A stretch of DNA of 57,112 nucleotides, filler included, from Platydemus manokwari (Eukaryota), in the NCBI GenBank assembly GCA_037951405.1. It is 5 parts of 5 records of this genome, joined end to end, with 100 filler letters (N's around TTAATTAATTAA, not from the genome) between each part and the next. Parts side by side here need not be neighbours in the genome. Positions count along the whole stretch, not along the records: positions 1 to 11,871 come from JBBMOY010421110.1; positions 11,972 to 25,340 come from JBBMOY011749174.1; 3 more parts are not named here. One strand, written 5' to 3'. The position numbers and the translations under genes are program-made. This document shows positions 1 through 12,119 of the stretch, one piece after another. The first letter of the stretch is position 1. Each line of letters opens with the position of its first letter. The notes under the pieces are model-generated. The model had not been told where the DNA came from. It saw only the letters and a program-made list of their open reading frames with translations, and did no database searches.

Positions 1-2
1 AT

Positions 3-194
3 CGTTTCCAATCCAATTATGGTATGGTTTCATCTATGACATCACAATCTTTAACGTTGAGTGGTGTTATTGGAACTCTATGTGGTGGATATATTGCAAG
101 TGAATTAGGATTTATTTCACTGTCAATGGGATTAGGAGTGATAAATATAATATCTTCACCACTATCTGTGATGCATAGAAAAATTATCAGATGA
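3..194 (+). CDS. 3' end of an MFS vesicular transporter, SLC18 (VAChT/VMAT-like); 5' part outside window
   Basis: Frame from 3 reads RFQSNYGMVSSMTSQSLTLSGVIGTLCGGYIASELGFISLSMGLGVINIISSPLSVMHRKIIR*. It matches the last two TM helices of SLC18 proteins (R..S.YG.V ... G...GG.I...LGF..LS.G.G..N....P). Absent from the ORF track. Confidence 0.7.
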   Translation, partial: RFQSNYGMVSSMTSQSLTLSGVIGTLCGGYIASELGFISLSMGLGVINIISSPLSVMHRKIIR

Positions 195-1271
195 AATTAT
201 GAAATCATTGAAAAATCTTGAATTTGAAATTATGTAAATAAAATTTTTTGAAATAAATCGTTTTGGCTGGATTAAGGAAAATAAATAATTTCCAATGTCA
301 AAGCTTAAGCAATAAATATTGAAAGATAGAATAGACTTTAATCTTACATAAAAAATTATTTGTAATATTATTTAAAACTTTACTAATAATTGAATTTATT
401 TAATGATTAAATAATTTATTCAAATTGAAATTTAACTATAGAATTTTGTACAAGTCTGACATTGAATATTTATCAAAGATTTATTCATTTGGTGATGTCT
501 CGAATTCCAACATAAATTTGAATTGCAATGATATGTGACTGATAAATTTAATTAAAATGTCACCACAATGGATTAGGACAGCAATTTTAAAATTGCGATA
601 TTCTATTAACAAGTAGTTTTTTTTGATTGGTACGATTTTTCTTCTGGATTGTGATCCTTTTTTCAGAACTTGGACGAGTATAAATTAATACATGGAATTT
701 TCGATTTGTTTTTATTTGAATGGATCCACTTCTCTCTTTCAGTGTTATTTTCTTTTATTATGTCCATATATTGGATTAAAAACAAGTTATTTTACCGTTT
801 TAATGGGCTTATTAGATTTTACAACTTTATTCTTATCTAAAAATAATCTGGGCTAGAAAATGATTAATTCATTTGGTTATTACCATCATCAGTATTCGAA
901 GCTATTCTAATTAACCTTTTATTTTCAATTACTTTTCATTATCTATTTGAAATTATTCATCTGAATTCTCTACTAATATTGTTAGCGGAAACTGATCGTT
1001 TATAGAACTAACTAAACATGTAAAACCATACCACGCATTTTATGTTTACATAATATGTAACAACTCAATCAGAAACAATAAATATGAGTAGTAGATTTTG
1101 ACAAGTACATTAATGATACATCGTATGTTATCAACTATTATTTATTATATCTTTTCTAAATTGATCGATTTATACTCCTTTTAAATGATGAGAGTCAAAT
1201 GAAAATCAGTTCGTCTGTTTATCCAATTTACTCAACCGTGACGTTATAATACTCAGAATATTTGTAAACAA

Positions 1272-2360
1272 ATGGAAGATCAAAATGCTTTGTCTTTGGA
1301 TGGTATAAATTTGTTAAGTCTGAATATTACAGGTGTTACAATCATAAAAGTGGTGCAAAACAAAGGAGTAATCGCTGGAATTTCATTGTTTATCATTGGT
1401 ATTTTTCTGGCATGCCTTATCAAGAGAATAATAACTATAAGACGTTCAAAAAGTATTCTGAAGCAAAAGTATATCAAATTAACAGACGTCAATTTTGGAG
1501 ATGAAATCGAAGAAATGACTCCCTCCAAATATGGTGATTTGAGGTTCACGATTGATTACAATTATGCTAAAGGTTCCTTGATAATTGGAGAATTGAGCAT
1601 TCACGGACTTCAATCTATCTCCGATTTTGAAATCGACTCGTATGTTGTTGTGAGAATAGAACCGGATATATGGAAACTGAAAGCAAAAAAAACAAATATA
1701 GTGCACAAAACAAATTGTCCAAATTTTTTAAAGAAGTTCTACTTTAAAATACCGATTTTTGAATTGAATCGCGTCATTGTGATTTTCGAAGTGTTTGATC
1801 TTGATGTTGCTGGATCATCGGATAAAATGTTAGGTAGGGTAAGATTTCATGTAAGTTCATTGAGAGAAGAAGAAATGGAAGAATTCCCTATAGAAAGGAT
1901 ATTAAAAATCGAAGCTCCAATTGAACATGATGAAGGTTCTGGAGAGATATGCATCATATTGAGGCATATACCTCTACCACATATTCTTAACGTCACAATT
2001 TTAGAAGCCAAAAGACTTCCTATTCGAAAAAATAAGACATTCCCACCAGTATATGTTATCGTGACAATGTTTCATAAGAAAGATATTATCAAAGAAAAAC
2101 ACACATTAACAAAATTCGACACCAGAGATCCATTTTTCTCCGAAACATTTCCATTTCATCTGAATCCAGTGAAAATTCCATACACATATTTGATAATTAA
2201 AGTGATGAAAAAATCTCATTTGAATATCAGTAAATGCATCGGCAAACTTGAATTAGGAATTGATAGTCCAACATTGTCCGCACGTAACCAATGGAAATCA
2301 ATGGTCTTTACTCCGAGAATTGCCGTAGCAAGTTGGCACACACTAAGCAAAAATATCTAG
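1272..2360 (+). CDS. Synaptotagmin-like protein (N-terminal TM + tandem C2A/C2B), single exon, 362 aa
   Basis: TM helix GVIAGISLFIIGIFLACLI followed by a basic patch. C2A: YGDLRFTIDY, DSYVVV, KTNIVHKTNCPNF, EVFDLD. C2B: GEICIILRH, LNVTILEAKRLP, DPFFSETFPF. Typical synaptotagmin C-terminus QWKSMVFTPRIAVASWHTL. Confidence 0.88.
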   Translation: MEDQNALSLDGINLLSLNITGVTIIKVVQNKGVIAGISLFIIGIFLACLIKRIITIRRSKSILKQKYIKLTDVNFGDEIEEMTPSKYGDLRFTIDYNYAKGSLIIGELSIHGLQSISDFEIDSYVVVRIEPDIWKLKAKKTNIVHKTNCPNFLKKFYFKIPIFELNRVIVIFEVFDLDVAGSSDKMLGRVRFHVSSLREEEMEEFPIERILKIEAPIEHDEGSGEICIILRHIPLPHILNVTILEAKRLPIRKNKTFPPVYVIVTMFHKKDIIKEKHTLTKFDTRDPFFSETFPFHLNPVKIPYTYLIIKVMKKSHLNISKCIGKLELGIDSPTLSARNQWKSMVFTPRIAVASWHTLSKNI

Positions 2361-3516
2361 AATATTTTAAGATTATTAATAAATCTATGAAACATTCATT
2401 TTTAACTTATTAAATTCTAACGAACATAAATTGAGTAATGCTAGAGACAAGATTGAACTTTTGATGTTTTTTACTTGAATACAATTATTTTATAGAATGA
2501 TATGTTGTTATAGAATTTTCAAAAAATGTCATAATTTAAAAATGCTTCGTATTCACTCACCAACTATGTTTTAATTAGAATCAACTTACAAGCTAAATAA
2601 ATTATATTATATTATTAATCGATTATTGGTTTCAAGTATTGATTAGATATATAATTTCAACATGGCTTATCAGTTTCCCATTAGCTGTTTAAAATTTTTA
2701 AAAAATATGACGTTTAAGAAGTAACTGGAAAAATATCAAGATTCCATGAGAATGTAAACAACATTAAAAAATTCAAAAAACCAAAGGGACAACTTTTCCT
2801 CGTGTGATCAAATAGGAAATATAATGTTTTTCAGAAAACTTTATTGGATAATTAAATGGAAAACAATTAAAAATTACGCTGCAAATATCCGTGATAATTG
2901 GTTAAGAGAATTGTTTTCCAACAACAAACTCGATGATATTACTCGACTATTTTAGAAGTTTTTGTGATAGATTATGAAGTAATATGAGTAAGCTATCGAA
3001 AATTATTTATTTCCAGTACTTGAAATATCAATGTTAGTGATACGAAGGCATGCTAACCGAAGTGGTTGTGTAAATTAATAGAGGTTGCGATATTCAGTAT
3101 ATATATATATCGAATATGTTTGGTTCATATTAAACATGTAAAAGTTGACTAACTATTTTTAGATTAATATTTGAAGACTTTAAGTCGTATATAAAATTAT
3201 CAATTAATTATGGCGTAGTTTTAAATAAGCGATATCGAAACAATCAAAAACTGATATTTTAAATTTAAACGATAAATGAATGACTGTTGAAATTTTTAAA
3301 AATTAAAACAAAACCCAATTAATCTCAAAACAAATAATGAATACCAAATTTACCATTAATCCGAATTAGAGAAAGCTGTGAACAAAATAAACATTGATAC
3401 AATTGTTGAAACCCCAATATTCAGTTCAGGGATTAATTGGGTTTCTTTGTTAAAATATAGGAAATAATCTGAAACAAAATGTGTACAGAATAGATTTACG
3501 GAGGTAGTCTTCACCT

Positions 3517-3524
3517 TATAAATA
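3517..3524 (+). promoter_or_regulatory. Candidate TATA box of the mucin/VWF-like gene
   Basis: TATAAATA about 70 nt upstream of the signal-peptide ATG at 3590. The AT-rich background lowers specificity. Confidence 0.35.
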
Positions 3525-3589
3525 GTGAGACGATTTCGGAAAATTTATCGTTGAAATTTCTGTTTATTTTTAAGCAGAAATTCATACTA

Positions 3590-6500
3590 ATGTTACGATT
3601 TAAAGTGTTACTGATATTACTGCTGTGTACCTTTCAAAAAGGGTTTGATATATATTTATACATCAAATTTATTTATTGAAATATTTTTAGCCACACTGAG
3701 TCCCATGTTTGCGGACAGACAAAGTAATAAGTTAATTAATTCATTTTTTAATAATAAATTGATCAATGTAGGTCATCCTGTTGTCTCGGATGGACGGGAG
3801 AAAACTGCGATCAACGTGAGATATTAAATATCTGAAATAAAGTTTATTAAATTCAAATTTATAGCTGTTTGTGACAACGGTTGTGGTCCGGGAAAATGCA
3901 TGGAACCCAACAAGTGCGACTGTCGAGGAACCAATCGATACGGTGTCAACTGTCAGTTTTTTAGTTCAGAAAAACCACCAGGTTGTAATAATTACCGAAT
4001 CAGCAATTTTTAATATTTCATCACATTACAGTTTTAGCAAACCTCGAATTGGTCAATCAAACCCAATGTTTATATTTTAATGGTCGATCTTATAAGACAT
4101 TTGACAGAGAAAAAGTAGTCCAAACAACTTCCTATGCTACTTATGTCCTCGTCCAAGATTGTCTAAACAGGCCACCTAATTATCAAGTGATCGTGATTCC
4201 TCAACAAAGTTGCCAGAACAAATCCAACGATATTTGTGAAATAGAATTGAAGGTGTGAATTTATAGTTAATATTAATTAATATATAATTAAAATAATTAA
4301 TATATTCTAGTCATTACAAGATTTTATAATCAAGCTTAGAATTCGGTAAAATAAAATAATTTTAAATATGAACTGTATATTAGAACCTTCAATTTATTAT
4401 ATTAAAACAATATATATTTCAAATTAATTTTAAAGCTAAACATTAATTATCGCTACAGTTATCTGATAATGTTATAGTAAAAGTTGAAACAGTTATTTTA
4501 ATATTTTTACTTAACACTTAATACAGTCGTTTTTCGAAACATTAAATTTATTCAGGTACTTATAAATTCTTACATATCCAATTAAAATTTAATAAAATAT
4601 CACATGAAATAAATTATTTGTCATCGAACAGACCTCTGAATAATATTAACCATTTATAGTATTTGTATTAACTTATAAACTATTAGAATTAATATTCCAC
4701 ATTTTAGTATCACATTCCATTTTCAGATCCTATTTAAAGATTACGAAAATGCTATCTACGTTTCATCAACAGGTGTTAAAGAAGGAGAAAGGAACTTTTC
4801 TTTTCCCTACAGTAAAGGAACGTTTCAAATATCATCCCGTGGCCAATATATTTATATAAAAGGAATACAGGGTAATATATTATGATATATCACATCCATT
4901 GTAAATATCATTTTAGATCTTGCTATTTTCTATAATGGAGTCGGATCAGTATTTGTCTATGCACCAGTTACAATGAAAAACAGAATTTGTGGTTTATGTG
5001 GCTTGTTTGATTCTAATGGGAATGATTCTAAGGAAATTGTTGATGCATCAATGCGCCCGTTAAGTTCAGAATTAGAATTCATCAATGCTTGGGTTTCACC
5101 GTCGACAAATTCGGTCAATATATTAGAACCTAAAATAAAATCAATCACATGTGACTTCAAAGAAGTATAGTCAATATCTAGAGATAATAGATGGATAATT
5201 TTCTTTAAATTCTTTTCTAGACCGAAAAGTGCTTCAAATTTGCTCAGGTTTTTGGAAATACATTCAAAAACATTTGCGAACAAGAATTCTGTCAGATGAA
5301 TAACTCGAAACTTGCTTGTGATCTATTCACTGATTTATCTTTTTTAAGCTCATCTATCAAACCAATTGTGGAAAATTGGCGTGAAATAATGAATTGCGGT
5401 AAAAGAAAAGTTTCGAACATAATTTCATAATTATTTTATCTAATATAGAAACACCGGTTTGTCGAGACAAAATGATCTGGTCAGATTGTGGAAGCAATTG
5501 CAAAAAAAGTTGTGGTTTTAACGATGATGGGGGTGAATGTGCAAAGCTTTGTACCCCAGGATGTTATTGTCGACGAGGTTTCGTAATTTTTAAAATTCTT
5601 TGATTTATTTCATTCCATTTTTCAGATTTCTTCTGGTTCAATGATCAATGTAAGCAGGAAAAAGAATGTCCATGTGTTTATCGAGAGTCAGAACTTAAAC
5701 AGAAATTATTCCAATTCGGAGATACGATGAAGAAAGGGTGCCAGAATTGGTGATTATGAACTTTTAATATAGAAATTTAAAAAATTTTATATTGTGCAGT
5801 GTTTGTGGAAATCAGGGACTTTGGAATTGCACGGATAATAAACAATGCAACTCAAGATGTATAATTTCTGGAGATCCACATTTCATAACTTTTGACAATC
5901 AACACATATTCGTCGAAGGACAGTGTCAATACGTTGCAGTGATGCCAAAAAACATTCAAGATGACTTACCCAAACTATCCATAACCATTGAAAATAAATT
6001 CTGTTTCAATTCTCTTGACATAACTTGTGCAAAAGGAATAAAAGTCTTTCTGGGAGAAGAAGATAATCAGACGGAAATAGAGTAATATTCTGAAATCAAA
6101 ATACCATTCTATTTTTCTCTATTTTTTAGAGTAAAGTCTAAAAATTCAATTTTGGTCAATACAAAACAAATACAGATACCATCTCAGATAAGAGGAAAAA
6201 TAGATATTTTTGTTACTAGAGTCACTCACGACAGCTTGAAAATTGATGCCGGAGATCTGTTTAGTATTTTACAAAAAGATGATTCAAGAATTGAGTTGAT
6301 ATTGTCATCAAAATATAATAAAAAAGTTTCCATTGCAATTTTATAATAAACAGATTCGTGTTAATGGTCCGCTTCAGGTAACTGGACTTTGTGGAAATTT
6401 TAACGGAGATCCTGAAGACGATAATCTTTTACCCGATGAAACTCCAGCTAAAACCGATTCTGAATTGGCAGCAGGATATAGAATATCGCATTCTTGCCAA

Positions 6501-9500
6501 GGTGATCTAACAAGGGACTCGTATTTAGGGGTGTGTGAAACAAGTATTGAATGGAATCGAATTGCAGACAAAATATGCAGCAAATTTTTAGAAGGTGTTA
6601 TTTAAAACCATTTTTATTCCTAGCAATTCAATTTATTCATATTCAATTCAAACAGGAAAATTTAAAGAATGTCAGAGTTTGGTACCATCGGAACAATTCG
6701 TGACACAATGCAAGCACGATGTCTGCAACTGTGGTTTGATAAAAAATCTATCAAACATCCATTGTGAATGCTCGGCTTATTCCACGTATGCAAGACTGTG
6801 TGCGATAAAAGGATTTCAATTTGATTGGAGAACCAATGAATTTTGCCGTGAGTATTTTAGCATTTTTCTTACTTTTTAATATACTTTGTAATCAAGTTGA
6901 CGATAGCAATTTTGAGGGCAATAATAAAAACTTGAATTCATGAATTAATATTAATTAAAAAATTGTTTTTTTGGTTAATTATTTAAAAATTAAATTTTAA
7001 TTTCACACAAAAATGATTAATTTAAACAAATGATTGAAATAATATTATTATAAAGCATTTTGAACATAATTAATGTGGGGATTTTAACCCTTGTCATGCT
7101 ACAATGTTAAAGTTTTTTTTATAAATCTATAATATTTTTTAAAATCATTAATAAAAATTTTTATGTTTTTTATTAATCTATTTAACTTATATCATGAAAT
7201 ATGACAAACAATGATCAAAATATTATTAATTATTATAGCTGTCCAGTGCCCAAATAGTATGGTTTATAAAGAATGCGGATCAAGCTGCTTATCTAGTTGC
7301 CAAATGAGACAAAGATCTAATTGCCAAAATACATGCATTGATGGCTGCCAATGTCCAAATGTAATTATTAACTTTTAAAAATACTGTATTATTATTGTGC
7401 AAATATCGCAGGATCTTGTACTGGAAGAAAGGAACGGCCGATGTGTAAAAGTGGACAAGTGTACATGTCAATATTTGGGTAGAGATTACCAACCTCAAGA
7501 AACACGTCAAGATCGCTGTAATCGATGCACATGCAATAAAGGATTATGGGAATGCACAACGAACAATTGCACTGGTATTTGAAGATTTGTTTTTTAATTT
7601 GAAAAGTTTTTGATGATAATATTCTAATACAGATCAAAACTATTGTGAAAATGGTAAAGTTTGGAAAGACTGTGGTGGCTGTATGAGAACTTGCAAAGAT
7701 ACCAATTTGATTTGTGATCAACGATCTTGTGAACCGGGTTGCTATTGTGGACAGGATGAAGTCTTTCACAATGGTAAATGTATCATGAAAGGAAACTGTC
7801 CATGTTTCTGGCAAAATCAAAGTTACAATGAATCTGCAGTGATTAATAAAGGAACTCACGATTGCAATGAAAAATGGTGGGATATATTTGGGATATATCT
7901 ATTTATTTAATATCAATTCCTTTCCTAATTTCAGTGTTTGTACCAATGGAAATTGGGTTTGTGAAAATAAAAACTGTACTGGTAAGAGGATAATGTTCAT
8001 ATATATTAATAGATTCTTTCTGTTTCTGTGATAGTTTTTTTTTTTAACTTTTACTATCAAATCACCCCATTTCACAATTTTTTTCATTTAAGGTGTATGC
8101 AAAGTTTGGGGTGAACATCATTATATGACGTTTGACGGGAAATTTTACGATTTCCATGGAGACTGTAGTTATATTTTAGTGGAAGATTATTGTGGAAAGA
8201 AAACGGGAACATTTAGAATTATTGCTGAAAATGTTGAATGTGGATCTAAAGGAATGACTTGTACGAAATCTATTAGATTCTTTTACCGAGATCAGATCAT
8301 TCATTTGATTCGAGGAACCGTACCGATTATTAGTAAAAATCTAGAATGGCCTCCCAATTTACCCAGTGGAGAATATGTGATACATGATTTGATAACCAGT
8401 ATATTTATCCTAACAAAAGAAATGTCAATTCAATGGGATAGGCAATTATCAGTGGAAATTAATCTGTTACCGGAATATCGAAGTAATGTTTGTGGATTGT
8501 GTGGTAATTTCGACGGGATAATTGACAATGACTTCAAGTAATTTCCGTTTTTATGTTTCGATGGATATTTATAATTGTGACGAAAATAGAAATCGTTGGG
8601 ACTATTGGAGCGCACCATAATAAAATTATTTGAAAATAATCACCTTGACCAAACAAACATATAATCGATATTTGAAAAATTATTAAGCGGGAAACTCACT
8701 ACATAATGATCAAAATAAGATGACGATTCATTTTTATCTATTTATTCTGTAACGATATTAAAATAATTGATATATTAATTCTGTAAATTTTTGGATTTCG
8801 AACATTTTCTTCCAAACACAAAATTTATACTCTCATTATTCTGGTAAATGATCTGAATTTTGTAGCACAAATTTACTTCAAAGCAAACATTAAAACATTA
8901 TTTGTACAGAATCATAGATTCCCCTGATTATATTATTTCACTTATATTCTACAACACTCATCATTATTTTATGGTTATTGGATATTGCATTACAATTGTC
9001 TTATAATATAAAGCCCCAAATACTACGATTTTCATGTATTACCACTAACATGTAATTTACTAAATTCATTAATAATAATAAAAAACCCTTTACAAATGAT
9101 GTGTTTGAATGATGTTTAATTAATTTTTATAATTATCATAAAATTTATCAATCTAATTCAATCAATCAATCCAATTCTAGAAATCGTTTTGGCCTTATCG
9201 ATCTAAATGTTAATGTCTTTGCTGATAGCTGGAAAATAAAAAAATCCTGCCCATTCCCAAAAATTCCACCAAATGCCTGTGATCTAAATATGTTTAGAAG
9301 AAGTTGGGCCGAAAAACGATGTTCGGCATTGAAAAGTAAAGAATTTGAACCTTGCCACAATGTCGTTCGATATCAATTATATTATGACAAATGCGTAATT
9401 GACTCATGTGCTTGCGACCGAGGTGATGATTGTCTTTGTGTCTGTACCGCTATAACTCAATATGTTCATGAATGTAATCGACGCAATATCAATATTAAAT

Positions 9501-11871
9501 GGCGATCATATGAAAATTGCCGTAAATACTTTAATTGGCAATAATTGATTAGACAATGATATTTTATAAATTCCAGCAATTATGTGCCCACCGGAAAGAG
9601 AATACAAATCTTGTGAAAAAGTTTGTCCAAATTCATGTTTGAGTGAAGAATCATGTGTATCAACTTGTATGGAAGGTTGTTTCTGTAAAAATGACACCTA
9701 TCTCCAAAATGGTAAGCAAATTTCTCTTTAAATTATTATATTTATTATTGATTAATAAAGAAGTATATGAAATTAAGGAACAATTTAAAACCAGAATTGC
9801 TTTATACTGAACCTCGTATATTACTTATAGAAAAAATAGCCCATCAAATAATTTGAAAGGTTTTCCTATAAAGATCGTTTATATGTAGTTCAAAAATAAT
9901 CTATCTCACTAGTATAATTTATGTAAAAATTGATAAAATGATTTCAGTCTTTAAAAATTATTTTTTTATTATTATTCATTCAAGTTTTTGTTTTCATTAA
10001 ATTTAAATTTTTCGTTTTGTTCAGATAAATGTGTATCGGAAAAGCCTAAATGCACTTGCAAAGACGAAAACGGTAAAGAATACCCAGTCGGCACTGTTAT
10101 TATATTGAACTGTCACGAATGGTGAGTCGAAAATTAAATGTGATATTTAATTATGAAAATTTTAGTACTTGCACAAACAATGAATTTAAATGTAAAAAAG
10201 AAATTGTTCCTTCTTGTACTACAACAGGTAAAATTTAATTATTTCATTTTTCATTTGATTTATTAATATTTTCATACCAATATTAGTTCCCACCACTACT
10301 GTTTCCACAACAATTCCAACAGTAACCACTATCTCGATTACTACCTATACAACCACATTAAGTACAACACCACAAAGAACAAGTAAGCACTAACTGTTTT
10401 ATAAATGTAATAATTCATTTCGATATAATGTGTCTGTATAAGTCTCACATATCTTATTATAATAATGATAATGGATAACGAAAAATATTATTTTCAGAGT
10501 ATACGTATAGTGTTTACCGATAACCACAGAGATACTAAATAAGTTATAATAAAAATTAATTATAATAAGTTAATAATAGAAGTTTTAACATTAACATTCC
10601 TGTACAAAATTCAATATTACTGAATATCGTTTTGAAAATTCAATTATATAAATAGAAAGAATAAATTTAGAATAAATTTGTATAAATTTTCATTTTATCC
10701 AAACGGGTTTGATAAATTTCTTAAGCTTCAACGAACCTCAATTTCAAAAAAGAATGGGAATTAAATTTCATATTTTGATTAAACTAAAATGCATGTGATA
10801 AAAAATAGATTCAATAATTTAGTTACTATTATATAAGTATAATAAGAAAATAAATTGTTCAGCAACAACAATTCCATCAACATCTAGAACACCACCGATC
10901 ATAACAACAAGAGCAGTCACACCGACAACTAAAAGTGGTATTATTGTTTGGTCAATTGAAATAAATATTTAAATATCTATTATTGATCAGTTTGCGAAGA
11001 ACCCATAACGATTATTTCAACGAAAGAATACATCAAACAAATTATAGTCACTAGTAATGTTGAAGAAAGTGAGAAAGTTATCACTGATTCTTGGAGATCC
11101 AAATCAACAGATAAAACACCAACAATAAATATTGAATTTAAAAAGACTGCAATAATAACTGACATCACATTGGAAAAACCGGGAAACATCAACAAATATT
11201 CGTAAGTTTGAACACTACTTGTTGAAATACTATTTATCTATTAATTAATTTAATAAAACAATCCAAACCAAAATTCATACGTTAATTGGTTTTCAATTTT
11301 ATTTTATTGTTTTAGGATATTTGTAATATATCCAAATACAAGTCAATGGGTTGCTATCAAAACAAATGAAAAATATAATTTCGAAACAGAAAATATAGAA
11401 ATATTGAATTTGAATGTCGTCGTCGTTGGATTGAAAATAGTTCTATATAGAGCAGATGAAACAGAAGGTGTGATTGTAAAATTAATAATTAAAGGTTGTG
11501 GAGAAAAGGAAATACCACCGACCAGATCTACAGAAACGACAGGATCAACAACTACCAAAACAACAATTGGTACGCCACAATCAACAACAACACCAACAAT
11601 TACTACACAACAACCAACTATTACAACAACAATTGGTACAACATTACCAACAATAACTACAGGATCAACAACTACCAAAACAACAATTGGTACGCCACAA
11701 TCAACAACAACACCAACAATTACTACACAACAACCNNNNNNNNNNNNNNNNNNNNNNNNNNNNNNNNNNNNNNNNNNNNNNNNNNNNNNNNNNNNNNNNN
11801 NNNNNNNNNNNNNNNNNNNNNNNNNNNNNNNNNNNAACTATTACAACAACAATTGGTACACCATTACCAAC
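3590..11871 (+). CDS. Multi-exon secreted VWF-D-domain protein (gel-forming mucin / hemolectin / SCO-spondin-like); 3' end truncated by contig end
   Basis: Manual GT-AG splicing gives: signal peptide MLRFKVLLILLLCTFQKG (exon 3590-3642); EGF-like CCLGWTGENCDQPVCDNGCGPGKCMEPNKCDC; VWD1 (CLYFNGRSYKTFD..CGLCG); TIL; VWD2 (CIISGDPHFITFD..TGLCGNFNG); C8; TIL/E modules; VWD3 (CKVWGEHHYMTFDG..CGLCGNFDG); C8-3; TIL; Thr-rich exons; a discoidin/FA58C-like domain (CEEP...W...KLIIKGC); then PTS repeats. Confidence 0.9.
11539..11871 (+). repeat. 120-bp coding tandem repeat (40-aa Thr/Pro-rich PTS mucin unit), collapsed at gaps
   Basis: AGGATCAACAACTACCAAAACAACAATTGGTACGCCACAA begins at 11541 and again at 11661. 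Unit: TGSTTTKTTIGTPQSTTTPTITTQQPTITTTIGTTLPTIT. A 100-N gap (11736-11835) lies inside the array. Confidence 0.92.
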
Positions 11872-11971
11872 NNNNNNNNNNNNNNNNNNNNNNNNNNNNN
11901 NNNNNNNNNNNNNNNTTAATTAATTAANNNNNNNNNNNNNNNNNNNNNNNNNNNNNNNNNNNNNNNNNNNN
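11872..11971. other. Artificial contig-joining spacer (44N-TTAATTAATTAA-44N)
   Basis: An identical 100-nt structure occurs four times. TTAATTAATTAA has stops in all six frames. Confidence 0.95.
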
Positions 11972-12119
11972 ATGTAATATGGTTTCGTATAATTTGTAAA
12001 TTTTTTTTATAAGTACAAATAACAAAATTAATCGATAAGGAAATATATTTTCCGAAACAGCAATACTTCTTAATCATAATTATAAAATTATAAATCCTTG
12101 TTTCATTGAAGTTGTTTAT

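Noticed and set aside
3311-3445. 14-bp inverted repeat AAACCCAATTAATC / GATTAATTGGGTTT (possible MITE)
   Set aside because: Short, single occurrence, and no clear target-site duplication.
11916-11927. TTAATTAATTAA as a biological motif (piggyBac target, telomere, recombination site)
   Set aside because: It is always centred in exactly 44+44 Ns, so it is an assembly linker.
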